From an uncultured Planctomycetota bacterium (GTDB lineage: Bacteria > Planctomycetota > PLA2 > JAEUHO01): 64,000 bases of DNA. Position 1 is the first letter of the stretch; each line of letters begins with the position of its first letter. The notes below the pieces were generated by a model. The model saw only the letters and a program-made list of their open reading frames with translations, did not search any database and had not been told where the DNA came from. The position numbers and the translations under genes were made by a program. The stretch lies in assembly GCA_963752285.1 (NCBI GenBank), contig CAVVXN010000001.1, positions 1-64,000 of the forward strand, given 5' to 3'. This document shows, in pieces, positions 1 to 11,058 of the stretch.

Positions 1-327
1 CCCCGGGTCGCCCAGGCCCTCGCGCGCCACGCCTCCGTCGAGACGACCATGGCGCGGTACACGGACCTCGCGCTGGTGGATCTGCGGGGGAGCGTGGAGC
101 GCCTCCCGCTCCCGGCGGCTTCGAAGCGGCGCGGGCGGCCCGTGAAGGCCCTCCTCTACCTGGGGATCGCTGGGGCGGGCGCGCCGGGGGGTAGGGCGCG
201 CGGAGCGGGCGTGGGGGGCGCCCGGGGCGGACGGGCGGACGTTCGTACCCAGGCCGCGGAGGAGGCGCCCGTTCGCGCCCACGTCGCGGGCGTCGCGGGG
301 TCGAGCTCGGTGGCGTTGGGCGATTGA
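1..327 (+). CDS. Tyrosine integrase C-terminal end (cut by window edge)
   Basis: PRVAQALARHASVETTMARYTDL contains the catalytic H and Y. Near-identical to 21579-21900. Confidence 0.85.
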   Translation, partial: PRVAQALARHASVETTMARYTDLALVDLRGSVERLPLPAASKRRGRPVKALLYLGIAGAGAPGGRARGAGVGGARGGRADVRTQAAEEAPVRAHVAGVAGSSSVALGD

Positions 328-508
328 CTCTCTCGCGAAGCCGACTCGAAAAGCTGCGTGACTTGGGTCGCCAGTTGAGACGGTCTCCTGACGCTTCCTT
401 GCGCTTCGCTGCACGATGTAAGGAAGCGGGCCGGATTCGGCGCACTTCGAGAGAGTCGCCGTAACGGTGCAACGACGCGCAGGTTGCGGCGAGGAGGCGC
501 AACGAGGG

Positions 509-557
509 TGGAGCGCCCGATCGGGTTCGAACCGACGACATTCAGCTTGGGAAGCTG
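509..557 (-). repeat. 3' 49 nt of tRNA-Gly(CCC), att core copy 1
   Basis: Minus strand reads CAGC-TTCCCAA-GCTG...GGTTCGAACC...GCGCTCCA: anticodon arm, T arm and CCA end. The 5' half of the tRNA is absent. Confidence 0.9.
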
Positions 558-710
558 CGCGCCCCCCATCGCAAGTCACGCACCCGCCCAAGGTTACGAC
601 GCTCGCCAGAAGCCGTTGAGACCTGGGTTGAGACGAGCCGAAAGGCCCGCTTGTGACGGCCTCTGGTCCTTGCTCCGGCGGGCCGCGGCAGGTGCAGCAG
701 CAGCCCGCGC

Positions 711-818
711 TTCGGGACCGGCGATCACGTCCCGGAGCTCCTCGCCGCCCACCGCGCCGACGCGCGAGCTCGGCGCATCGCCGGGAACCGAGCACGACGA
801 TGTGTCGTCTGCGCCTGA
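711..818 (+). pseudogene. C-terminal tail of an rve/DDE-type transposase
   Basis: FGTGDHVPELLAAHRADARARRIAGNRARRCVVCA*, homologous to tails at 35690, 47477, 56660, 61335 and 61871. Confidence 0.6.
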
Positions 819-985
819 CCACGCCTCGCTCTTTGCCACCCCCGACCCGCCCCTACGGTCCGGCACCCACGCGCGCACCGCGCTCACGCGGACCGCGGCC
901 CCCGATCTGGCACGGGCCGGATGCCGAGATCTCGAACGAAAAGCCCCGTTCGAACTGAGAAGCAGCACGGCCGCGTTGCTCCGGT

Positions 986-1029
986 GCCGAGCTCTCGGCG
1001 AAGTCATCCAAAGGGACTGGCACGCACCT
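986..1029 (+). repeat. ~45-bp cassette-boundary / IS-end motif (degenerate copy)
   Basis: GCCGAGCTCTCGGCGAAGTCATCCAAAGGGACTGGCACGCACCT matches the repeated motif. Confidence 0.7.
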
Positions 1030-1309
1030 GGGCAATCTCCCTGATCTCCCGCTCATCAGTCGGACTTGCCTCCAAGTCGACGGGCCAGCATCTGCACAAA
1101 CGACCACGCTAATGCCCCGCCCGCTGCTCCCACTGAACATGTCCCCATTGGGTCCTCTGGTGGCCATGCCGCCCAGAAGAGTTGCACTCATGAAAACCAG
1201 GAGTGCGATCCTCTCAGCTGCCGAACTCGTGGCAAGAGTAAGCTCCCGCCAAGCAAACCACCGCATACGGATTGAGATGGATGGCCCACAGGAAGAATGG
1301 CCAGTCTCG

Positions 1310-2905
1310 TCAGCTCCAGACTGGATTGCTCCTAGTTGTTCTTCCGGGGCCCGCCGACGCGCAGCCATCGATGTTCTCCACAATGAGCTGAAATCCTGGG
1401 CCGAACGACCCACTGATAGTGAGGTACATGACTTCAGCCCACACGGTCGTCTCCGTCCATTTCTTGGTGTAATTCTGGTGTGAACCGGTTGCGCCCAAGT
1501 CGTTGTACACTTCTGTAAGACATAGTACTCGTTATTAAGCTCAAGGGCTTCTGCCAACCCGAGGAGCGCCACCTCAAGGTTCACCAGTATCGCGGGGCTC
1601 TTCGTGTGGCTCGCAGCGGCGGACCAGAGTACCTCGATACTCCAGGCCGCCGTCGTCCGGTCTGCCTTGCCGAAATCCGTCCCGATACGGTAGTCCTGTC
1701 GGAATAGCGTGTCTCTGAGTTTATCAGCGGCATCGTCATCGATCAGCCACCGCGGGACGACTGTCACGGACCAGGATTCCTCCATGTCAACCTCGTCCGT
1801 CACCGTTCGCTCGAAGGTGTACGTGACCCACCAACGCGTGCTGGATGCACCGAACTGGATATTCGTAAGCGTCCACGGCCCATAGGTTCTGCGCGCGGGC
1901 GAGCTCGAAAGAACGTGCGGCGTCGTGAACACGTGAACGCCATGGCTGCTGGCCGCTGTCGACGCGGGCGACACGACCTTCTTGCCCGCTGGAGCCGGGG
2001 GTGGAACGCCCTTTAGGCCGGTAGGATCGACGAAAGTTGCGGGCGAGGAGCGGACGAATTCACTGGTATCGGGGCCCGACGCGATGCCGACCGGGTCCTG
2101 CTGGAGGAATTTCCCGACCACAGGGTCATATTGCCTTGCCCGGTAGAAGTAGAGCCCATCCTCCGGATCAAACTCCCGCCCCGTGAACAGGAACGGGTTC
2201 CCGACCGGGCTCTGGCCGACGACGTTCCCCTGCTGGTCGAGGATCGTGGGCTTCCCGTAGACGTCGTAGCTCGCCCACTCGAGGGGTGCCGCCCGGCTCC
2301 GAGACCTCCGTCACAACCAGCGCCTGCTGGTGGTACGTGAACCGGAGCACCTCGGCCGTGTTCTCGTCCCATTGACGTCCGCCTGGTCGGCCCGGTCCAT
2401 GACCCGCGGGCGGTCGATCCCGTCCTCGTAGACGTAGCGGCCCTGCCAGACGTCCTGCGCGTCGTACTCCTCCACGACCTGCGGTCCGTCCAGGACGTAG
2501 CGGGTCGTCGACCGCCGACACGGCCTTCTGACCCGGCGGCCCAGCGCGTCGTAGCGGTAGGTGGCGATCACTGCCTGCGTCGCCTTGAGCTTCACCTCGA
2601 CCAGCCGGTTCTCGGAGTGTTCGCGAAGAGGTAGGTCCCATCGTCCTTGAGGTTCCCGTTGTTGTCGTGGGTCCGGGTGACACCACGGACCTGGGTGTAC
2701 TGGTTCACCACGTCGAAGCGTACGTCACCGTCGAGGGCGGGGTAGGCGGTGTGGTCAGGACCTGGCTGGGTTCCGAGGCCGTCCAGCACGTACTGGGTGT
2801 TCTTGGCGAAGGTCTGGCTCCCGGGGGTCTGGACCTCCTGGAGGGGGTTGGTCGTGTCGTAGCGAACGTCCGTCAGGCGGTACGCTTAGTCGTAGGCGTA
2901 GACGT
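1310..2905 (-). pseudogene. Frameshifted Rhs core stub (family A) with variable C-terminal toxin region
   Basis: YRYDALGRRV, GKFLQQDPVG and DPTGL motifs, with many small indels relative to the intact cores. Confidence 0.8.
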
Positions 2906-4182
2906 CCCGCCGCGTTACCTCAGCCTCGACCAGTCCAGCACCTCCCACGTCCCATCCGGGCGGGAGTGGAGAGGATCTCCAGACCCTTGAAGCGGCTGCT
3001 CGTGCTGAAGCGCAAAGCGCAACGCTCATGTCCAGTGCATGTACGCTCGCAAACTCAAGTTCTTGTTCCACCACCGCTTCTAGAGCGCCACTCTTTCCGA
3101 AGGATACCTTGTCCGCACCCCAAATGGCATGCAACTTCTCTCTTAGACGTTCCCGCAGCACGGCGAACGAATACTTCGCCCCTTTGCGTGCCTCAGCTTC
3201 CTGGGCACGGAAGTCGACGATTTCACTGAGCAGCGTCGCATCTCCCCCACTTGCTGCAGTCTTGATAAAAGCAAGGGCAGCGTAGGGACCCTGCACGCGG
3301 CGCACCCCCGATGCCCGCACGCTACCGCCGGAAGCATGCCCTCGCGCACGCACCGAAGGGACGTCCCGTGGAAAAGGGCCAGAAACCTGCGGTCATCTAG
3401 GTCAAGGTAGACCACCTGTGGTGCCTGATCATGTTCTTCAAGATCCACGATCAGTGCTTCACGTGTTTGCGTCCCCAGATCGAGAACGGCATGCCCCTTT
3501 ACCCGCACGGTCATCGGATAGAACGCCCCTCCAATCGGGTCCCAAGAGTCGAATTCGTATCCTGGGCCGCATCCGGGCACTTCCGCACAAACATCAGGAT
3601 CGCCGTTGTCGTTGCCGTTGTTCCGATACTCGAACGGAGGGAGTACGTATGCGTGGCCCCCCCGAATTGGTGACTTCCCTTAATGGACGCTCCTTGTCGA
3701 AGTAGGCGAATCGTCCTAGGCCCTTTCCCGAATCCCAGATCAATGCATTCCAGATCGTCGAGCGCGAGCGTGCGCTCGAAATGCCCACTGCAAGTCACGT
3801 CGGTGTTGTCGAGGGGGGCCACCTGCCCCTTCCATCGATCAGTCAATCTCCAACGTGCGGGGCGGTTGGGCTCCGCCTCAGCCAACGCCGTGAACTCAGC
3901 CTTCCCAACTTCATGAAGTCCGATCCAAACTCCCGCCCGCACGTCAAACGCGTCCGCAGCGTTCGGTGGCCCCAGAGACGCGCGTATCTTCGCTGCCGCT
4001 TCTGCTGGACTCTGAGGCGCAGCGGCCACGGGGCCGATTGCAACGCCCAACCCAAGGGATGCGAGAACCGGCCATGCAAGCATTCGCCAGATGCGGTAAG
4101 GGCGTGTCCTCGTTGAAAGCTCATCTATGTCGGAAGGCTCCAACTTCCTGCTAGCCGATCGGAGATGGTGTGATCGCGTCAA
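2886..4182 (-). pseudogene. Putative exported immunity protein, split over several frames
   Basis: Directly follows the toxin region at 4179. Signal-like segment LAWPVLASLGLGVAIGPVAAA. Overlapping ORFs 3511-4182, 3143-3580 and 2886-3353. Confidence 0.45.
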
Positions 4183-4860
4183 TTCACCGTCCTCTGCGCG
4201 TGCAGCGTCGCTCTTAGTTCGTTACAGGCTTCAGCACTCGAACAAGAGTGCCGACACGGGCACTCGATCGGGCCAGGGACCACTTCCTGGGAGCAGCTTG
4301 TCTGCGTGGGCGCTTGAACGGGATCTTGCCAGAGTCCAAAGGCGTAGTGCTGCTTATAGGAGGGGTCTCCACCATCCCGAGCATGCTGCACATCGATTAT
4401 GTGCTTGATGTGGTCACCCTGAGCTTCCCCAAGGTTCCACAGCGGATTGATCTTGTCATTGGCCTTCACGTACTGGTCAAAGGCCCATTGCAGGAACGCA
4501 GTTAGCGAGTCGCTCGCCCCCACGGGCTTGTACGGATCCACATCAGCTGTGCGCCGCCTAGTTACGCTCACTACGTGTGTCGTGGTACACGTCGTGATTG
4601 TCGTATACATGCGGCAGCAGTTATGGCACCGCTCACCTCGCATGAGTTGCTCGTCCGATGGGGTGATCGTCACCCGACACCAATCCACAGATCTGCTGAC
4701 AGCCGGCGGATCGGTCCAAGTCCACGTGTACTTCTGCCACCCAAGCCAAGCATGGGAATCGGAGGTGAACACCGGCATTACATTCTCGGGAATCCCAGGT
4801 ACTTGCGGGGGAGGTGCTTGATAGTCGCCCGTGTGGTCCTCAGAGAAACCCTGCCGCCAA
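4179..4860 (-). pseudogene. Orphan Rhs-type C-terminal toxin region, core replaced by a transposase fragment
   Basis: Cys-rich, less GC-rich reading frame in the toxin position upstream of an immunity-like gene. No DPxG motif is retained. Confidence 0.5.
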
Positions 4861-5500
4861 AGGCGGGGAAATGGGTAGAGAAACGCGCCTCGTCTTGAAC
4901 TCCAGGTAGCCCAGCTCGGTGAGCGCGCGCGTGATCGCCGTGCGCTCGTCGAGCGCGAGTCGGGAACGTCCCGACTCGGGATGTCGTACCGCGGCCAGCG
5001 CCTCCCGGTGCCGGGCGAGCGCGTCGCGAAGGGCGTCGCACGCCTCCGGCGTCGGAGCCCGCCGCATCGACCAGGCCGCCATCGGCACGGGCCGGCCTCG
5101 GCCGAACGGGCGTCCGAACTCGTTGCCGTAGCATCGGGCACGCTCGAGGTCCTCGCAGGTCCACTCGCCGGGTCGCCCGGCCCACGCCGAGAGGTGGTGG
5201 GCCCGGGTCTTGAGCCCGCCGATCCCGGCCTCGCAGGCCCCATTGTAGCGAGGCCAGCGTGGCGGGGAGTAGAGGGCGGTCACGCCGTAGGCCTCGAGCA
5301 GCGCCCGAAACGCCCCGGCGAGGAACGCCGAGCCGTTGTCCGTCTTGAGCACGAGCGGCGCGCCGTGCGCCCGGAACGCCGCCTCGAGCGCGGCCATCGC
5401 CGTGGCCTCGGTCGTGTCGTCGCACGCCAGCGCCACCAGCTGCATCCCGCTCGACAGGTCCCGCACGCTGAGCAGGTAGCGGTAGCGCCCCCCCGCGACC
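4840..5500 (-). pseudogene. rve integrase-core (IS3/IS481-like) transposase fragment
   Basis: YLLSVRDLSSG...APLVLKTDNGSAF...YSPPRWPRYNGACE. N-terminus missing. Confidence 0.85.
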
Positions 5501-5564
5501 CCACCCGCACCCGCCGCCAGCCCGCGCCACGCCCCGCCGCGGCAGGACGACACGCCGTCCCCGT

Positions 5565-5610
5565 GTTCGAGTACTCGGCAGAAATCTCCACAAGGGACTA
5601 ACACGCACCT
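5565..5610 (+). repeat. ~45-bp cassette-boundary / IS-end motif
   Basis: GTTCGAGTACTCGGCAGAAATCTCCACAAGGGACTAACACGCACCT. Supplies the stop codon of ORF 5598-6326. Confidence 0.8.
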
Positions 5611-6326
5611 CGGGTCCCGTTCGAACCGAGAAGCATTACGGAACACCGCCGCAGCCGCAGCGCGCCGAAGAGAACCACCGCGGCGCCGAACAACAACACG
5701 AGCGCGCCCATCGCCCGCCTCACTGCAGCCGATATCATTGGCCCCAGCTCCTCATACTCGGCACGCGTTGCCACTATGTTCGGCCGAGCGGCCTTCAGGG
5801 CAGGCGGAATTTGATGTACGATGACATCAATGTCGATCCACTGCTCCGAATCGCAACTGAACCTCCCGAGGTGAATACGACGATCTTCTTCGCTGCGCTG
5901 AGTAAAGAAGCGCGAGGGGGACCGGCCTATCGCCAGTTGCCGATCCTTGCTGGTGATGTAGTAGTCAATCTCCAGCTCAGGGCTCCCGGAGGTCTCACCA
6001 GTCGCATCCAGAAGTGCATCGTCTGTCACGAGGCGTGGATCCACATCTAGCTCAAGTAGGAAGCTGCCTCCGTCCGGAACTCTGAAGTGTGCCTTGTACT
6101 CGGATGCAACCGAATCCTGCAGCGGAATTGCCAATCGCCAGTCAGATCTTATGTGGGCGATGCTCAGGGACAGAGAGACTCCGCCAGTCAGCATTACGCC
6201 GAGTCCTATCACCACGATCAAGAGCCAACAGTTGCTGGACGCTGACACTCGCGCACTCAAAGTCTGCTCCGGTTTGCTTTGGATCCGTCGCTTCCGATCC
6301 ATCCACGCCGGAACGAGAAGGCGCAT
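5598..6326 (-). CDS. Putative immunity protein with two transmembrane segments
   Basis: Immediately downstream of the Rhs CT at 6345. Hydrophobic N- and C-terminal helices. Confidence 0.65.
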   Translation of the reverse strand: MRLLVPAWMDRKRRIQSKPEQTLSARVSASSNCWLLIVVIGLGVMLTGGVSLSLSIAHIRSDWRLAIPLQDSVASEYKAHFRVPDGGSFLLELDVDPRLVTDDALLDATGETSGSPELEIDYYITSKDRQLAIGRSPSRFFTQRSEEDRRIHLGRFSCDSEQWIDIDVIVHQIPPALKAARPNIVATRAEYEELGPMISAAVRRAMGALVLLFGAAVVLFGALRLRRCSVMLLGSNGTRGAC

Positions 6327-6344
6327 GCTTTCGCCATTGGCGGC

Positions 6345-7554
6345 TTAGGGGCAAGGCCCCCGATCAGGGGGGATAGGATGAGGCGGCCTGGGGCAATTCG
6401 GATCTGGGTTCACGTGACCAACGTCGGGGCCAACGTAACCTCCGCCACACAAGCCAACAAGTCCGCACCACATCGAAGCTCGTGAGGTCCAAGGGACGGC
6501 ATCACAAGGGAGACAGCACGCCTTCAAGATGTCACCGGTCCAGTCGCCGCAGGAGTAGTCCGACGTCACCTTGTGTGTGTTCTGGGCGGCGGCCTTCTTG
6601 AGGCAGTCCTCGATCTGCGTCGGGGTGATAGTCGTGCACGGAATCCCGGTCGCGCTCTTCTTTGGCGCGTAGGGCTCCGGCCCATACATGCCGTACCAGA
6701 CGAACCACTCACTCGAAAAGGTAGGAGTGACGCGTCGGCAGTGTTGCTCCTGACCTTTCGTCCCTTCATTCGCAGTCGGGTCTCCGGAGGGGCCCCCCCA
6801 GAAGTCTCCAAGATAGGTCGCATGCCCGGACGCATCGGTAATCTTGATATACGCGTGATTGGCGGGGCCGCCCTGATCGAGCGTTCGGTAACAGACTTCT
6901 ACGATCTCGCCACTCGGGTCTCTTGCCACGGCTGGGCTGCTTCCGGCATACTCGAACAGACATGGTCCCGCTACGTAGCCGCGCGGATCCCGCTGCAGGA
7001 ACCTCCCCAGCACCGGGTTGCTGTACCTCGCCCGGTAGTAGTAGAGCCCCGTCTCCTCGTCTCGGAAGCGACCCGTGTACGTCCAGTGCTGCCCGAGCGG
7101 ATCCGACGACTGCGTCTGCCCACCCCGCGTGATCGTGATCTTCCCATACGGATCGTAGCGGTAGGACACCGCCGTCGCTTCGTTCATGTCCGTGACCGCC
7201 ATCACGGACCCCAGAGCGTTCTTGTGGTAGAAGGACCGGGTCGTCTCGCTCGTGTTCTGGTCCGAGTCGAAGTCGAGCACGTCCGCCTGCTCGAGCATCA
7301 ACACGTTGTCGATCCCCTGGCCGAACACGAAGTCCTGCTTCCAGGTGTTGGACCCGTCGTAGGTCGCGATCGTCTCCACGCCCGCGTAGATGTAGCGCTC
7401 GGTGACGCCGCCCGTCACGGCCTTCTCCACCCGTCGGCCCAGCGCGTCGTACTTGTAGGTCGCCACCGTCGTGCCGCCGTTCTTGACCCGGCAGATCTCA
7501 TTACGGTAGTTGTACTCGTACGTCAAGGTCCCGTCGTCGGACAGGTTCCCGTTG
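6345..7554 (-). pseudogene. Rhs (family B) C-terminal core and toxin domain, separated from its upstream part by an insertion
   Basis: NGNLSDDG...GLYYYRARY...RFLQRDPRG...DPSG, then a unique CT. The gene continues at 10216-10643. Confidence 0.85.
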
Positions 7555-7811
7555 AACGAAACCGCTCCGCGGTAGCCCAGAGCCGAGCATGCGAGCGTGG
7601 TCGGGCGCTCACCTGATCTTCTCTGCTGCGCCCATTCGATCCGGTACGTGTGCGCGGCGTCGCGCGGCATTCTGGGTTCCAAGCCGTTTGCACGCCGAGA
7701 GCGATCTTCGCTGGCATCAAGATGCCGAATTCGGGAAATAGGGGGCCCCTCTCTCCCATCTAGACCTGGCACCGGGAGCACCACCTCCCGACGCCGCAGA
7801 AAGGAGCCCCC

Positions 7812-8660
7812 GTGACTGAACTTCGCAAGAGGATGCTCGAGGATCTGCGGATCCGCAACCGTTCTCCGCACACCCAGCGAAACTACGTCCACCACGTCGC
7901 CGCGTTCGCGCGCCACTTCGGCCGCTCGCCCGAGGAACTCGGGCCTGAACACGTCCGTATCTACCAGGTCCACCTCGTCCAGGAACGCGGCGTCTCCTTC
8001 AGCACGTTCAACATCGCTGTCTGCGCCCTGCGCTTCCTCTACCGCGTGACCCTCGGCAGGGACTGGGCCCTCAAGCGCATTCCGTTCGCGAGGCCTGCGT
8101 GCAAGTTGCCCGTCGTGCTCAGCCCCGCCGAGGTCGGCCGCTTCCTCGCCGTGGTCGAGAACCTCAAGCACCGCGCGATGCTCATGGTCGCCTACTCCGG
8201 TGGCTTGCGCGTCTCCGAGGTCTCCCGCCTGCGCGTCGCGGACATCGACAGCAAGCGCATGGTGATCCACGTGCGTGCCGCCAAGGGCCGCAAGGACCGC
8301 TTCGTCCCCCTCTCGCCACGCCTTCTGGAGCAGTTGCGCGCCTACTGGCGCGAGGAACGCCCGAAGGAATACCTCTTCCCGGGGCGGACTCCGCTTTGCC
8401 CCATCGCGACCGGATCGATCCGGCAGGTCTGCCGCATCGCAGCCGAGAAGGCCGGGCTCGATCGGCGCGTCACGCCGCACACGCTGCGCCACTGCTTCGC
8501 GACCCACCTGCTCGAGAGCGGCACCGACGTGCGTACCATCCAGCTCCTGCTCGGCCACGGCGCCCTGCGCACCACCACGCGCTACACGCACGTCTCGACG
8601 GAAAAGCTGCGTTCGGTCCGGACGCCGCTCGACCTCCTCCCCGATGTGAACACCCCGTAG
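7812..8660 (+). CDS. Tyrosine recombinase/integrase (XerD-like, SAM-type N-domain)
   Basis: YSGGLRVSE, KGRKDRFVPL and HTLRHCFATHLLESGTDVRTIQLLLGH...TTRY motifs. Confidence 0.95.
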   Translation: MTELRKRMLEDLRIRNRSPHTQRNYVHHVAAFARHFGRSPEELGPEHVRIYQVHLVQERGVSFSTFNIAVCALRFLYRVTLGRDWALKRIPFARPACKLPVVLSPAEVGRFLAVVENLKHRAMLMVAYSGGLRVSEVSRLRVADIDSKRMVIHVRAAKGRKDRFVPLSPRLLEQLRAYWREERPKEYLFPGRTPLCPIATGSIRQVCRIAAEKAGLDRRVTPHTLRHCFATHLLESGTDVRTIQLLLGHGALRTTTRYTHVSTEKLRSVRTPLDLLPDVNTP

Positions 8661-8667
8661 GGTCGTC

Positions 8668-9867
8668 ATGTCACGGCCGCCTCTCGAGGTGGCCGACATC
8701 TTCCGCGCCCACGGCCCGGAGTTCCTCCGGGCTCGTGGCGCGGTCGCTTCGTCGGCCAAGAAGAAGGTACTCCGAAAGCTGGCTGCGTGTCGCACGGCCG
8801 CTCTCGGCGGCCACGTCGACGCGTGTAGCGAGGGCTGCGGCTACGAGAAGATCAGCTACAACTCCTGCCGGGATCGCCACTGCCCCAAGTGCCAGGCAGC
8901 GGCCCGCGGCGAATGGCTGGAGGCGCGCCAAGCCGACCTCCTGCCCGTGGGGTACTTCCACGTCGTCTTCACAGTGCCCGCGCAGATCGCCGAGATCGCC
9001 CTGCAGAACAAGCGCGTGATGTACGACATCCTCTTCCGCGCCTCGGCCGAGACCCTCAAGGAGATCGCCGCCGACCCCAAGCACCTGGGCGCCCGCATCG
9101 GCTTCATCGGCCTGCTCCACACCTGGGGGCAGAGCCTCCACCACCATCCCCACATCCACTACGTCGTTCCCGGCGGTGGGCTCGATCCCGAGGGCGCCCG
9201 CTGGATCTCCTGCCGCCCAGGCTTCTTTCTGCCCGTACGGGTGCTCGGCCGGCTCTTCCGCGGCAAGTTCCTCGCGCTCGTGCGACGCGCCTTCGAGCGC
9301 AGCCAATTGACCTTCCAGGGCCGCCTGGCTCCGCTGCAGGACCCGCAGGCGTTCCGTGACTTCCTCGCCCCACTCTACGAAGCAGACTGGGTCGTCTACG
9401 CCAAGCCGCCCTTCGGCGGGCCCGAGCAGGTGCTCAAGTGCCTCGCGCGCTACACCCACCGCGTCGCCATCGCCAACCGCCGCCTGCTCTCGCTGCACGA
9501 CGGCCGCGTCCGCTTCCGCTACAAGGACTATGCCCACGGAAGCCGACAGCGGGTCATGGAGCTCGATGCGACCGAGTTCATCCGCCGCTTCCTGCTCCAC
9601 GTCCTTCCCAAGGGCTTCGTGCACATCCGCCATTTCGGCTTCATGGCCAATCCCGTTCGCCGGGAGCGTCTGAACCGTTGCAGGGAGTTGCTCCACGCAG
9701 TCGCCCCGGCCGAGCCCACCAGCGATGCCGCCGACGCTGAAACCGGATGCGGGGAATCGACGACCATCTGTCCGAACTGCAAGCAAGGCCGCATCACCCG
9801 CCACAAACTGGATCCGGCGCCGGGCCCCGCCCCGCTCCGGACAGCTCCCGGAATCGACAGCTCGTGA
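8668..9867 (+). CDS. IS91-family (HUH/Y2) transposase with Zn-binding N-domain
   Basis: YNSCRDRHCPKCQ, YFHVVFTVP, LHTWG..HPHIH and LARYTHRVAI motifs. Confidence 0.95.
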   Translation: MSRPPLEVADIFRAHGPEFLRARGAVASSAKKKVLRKLAACRTAALGGHVDACSEGCGYEKISYNSCRDRHCPKCQAAARGEWLEARQADLLPVGYFHVVFTVPAQIAEIALQNKRVMYDILFRASAETLKEIAADPKHLGARIGFIGLLHTWGQSLHHHPHIHYVVPGGGLDPEGARWISCRPGFFLPVRVLGRLFRGKFLALVRRAFERSQLTFQGRLAPLQDPQAFRDFLAPLYEADWVVYAKPPFGGPEQVLKCLARYTHRVAIANRRLLSLHDGRVRFRYKDYAHGSRQRVMELDATEFIRRFLLHVLPKGFVHIRHFGFMANPVRRERLNRCRELLHAVAPAEPTSDAADAETGCGESTTICPNCKQGRITRHKLDPAPGPAPLRTAPGIDSS

Positions 9868-10215
9868 ACCGCCGACGAACGCCTCATCGGCCGACCTGCC
9901 GAACGGACGCCACAGGGCGCACCGCACGTCCCACTGCGGCCCCGTGGGCTGGATCCCGCCGCCTATGTACCTCCAGCGCGCCGCTTCGCACAGCGAGGAT
10001 CCCGAATTCAGCCTGCGTAGAGCTGCGCGCCTCTAGGCGAGAGACCATCCTCCGTGCCGATGGCCCCTCGCACATCTGCTGCGACCACGACGAACCCCCA
10101 TAGCCCCAGCGCGGCTTCGCTCAACCAGCTTCTTCCGCACATGGTCGGCAAGGTACGCCTCGCTCACACACGGGCGGTCTCCGTCACGCCGACCACATGC
10201 GGAAGAAGCCTATGC

Positions 10216-10643
10216 GTTGTCGTCCCAGCTGTGGGTGACGCCGCCGACGGAGGTGTACTGGTTCAGGGTGTTGGTGCTGTAGCTGGTCGTCGTCGCGGAC
10301 TGTCCGTACGGGGTCACCACGACGGAAGTCCTGTTCCCGTCGTCGTCGTAGTTGTACTCGATCTTCTTCGTGTAGGCCGCCCCGCTCGGGCTGTCGGGCG
10401 ATGCCGAGCCCATCCAGGCGACCGTCAAGCGCCGGGCCTTGTCGTACTCGAAGGCGTCCCCGGAGGAGCCCGAGGCCCCGTAGCGCTCGTAGACCCGGTC
10501 GTGGACGTCGTTGTAGGCGTAGTCGAGCCTGACGATCGTCGAGGGGCTCGAGGTCTCGTGGTCGATGCTCGTGACCTCCTCCCGGAACCCGCCGTACGTG
10601 TTCGCCTGCGTCGTTCCGTTCTGGAAGGTCGTACCCTTGGGCC
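10216..10643 (-). pseudogene. Rhs family B internal fragment (upstream part of 6345-7554)
   Basis: Near-identical to 19290-19716. Confidence 0.85.
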
Positions 10644-10799
10644 GCGTGGTCGACTTCCACGCGCTTCGGACGACGTTCGTGTCCTGGCTCGCGATGAACG
10701 GCGCCCACCCCCGGGTCGCCCAGGCCCTCGCGCGCCACGCCTCCGTCGAGACGACCATGGCGCGGTACACGGACCTCGCGCTGGTGGATCTGCGGGGGG
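10639..10799 (+). pseudogene. Tyrosine integrase C-terminal fragment
   Basis: GRVVDFHALRTTFVSWLAMNGAHPRVAQALARH, copy of 21508-21668. Confidence 0.85.
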
Positions 10800-10802
10800 C
10801 CG

Positions 10803-11058
10803 ATCCAACTGGACGTTCTGCGGCAGCGAGCGCGGCGGCGCCTGGGCGGCCACCTTCTACGGCCTGCTCGGAACCTGCCGCATGCAGGGGATCGATCCGC
10901 TGGCCTGGCTGACGGACGTCCTCGCGCGGGTCGACAACCACCCCGCGGACCGCATGCACGAACTCACGCCCCGGGCATGGCGCGAGGCCCGCGAGCAGAC
11001 GGCGGCGGGCGGCGGCTGAGCCGCCCGGCCAGGAGACCTGCGTTCACAGGACGCATAC
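10803..11058 (+). mobile_element. IS66 remnant: TnpC C-terminus and right terminal repeat
   Basis: NWTFCGSERGG...YGLLGTCRMQGIDPLAWLTDVL...ELTP. Ends in GGACGCATAC, like IS66 inverted repeats. Confidence 0.8.

Larger units (their letters stand above)
7555..10219 (+). mobile_element. Tyrosine recombinase + IS91-family transposase element inserted in an Rhs gene
   Basis: The flanks rejoin to give the Rhs sequence seen intact at 19280-19310. CGTTG occurs at both junctions. Confidence 0.85.

Noticed and set aside
6345..8795. 816-aa Rhs ORF
   Set aside because: Its N-terminal half is the antisense of the inserted integrase. Only 6345-7554 is Rhs.
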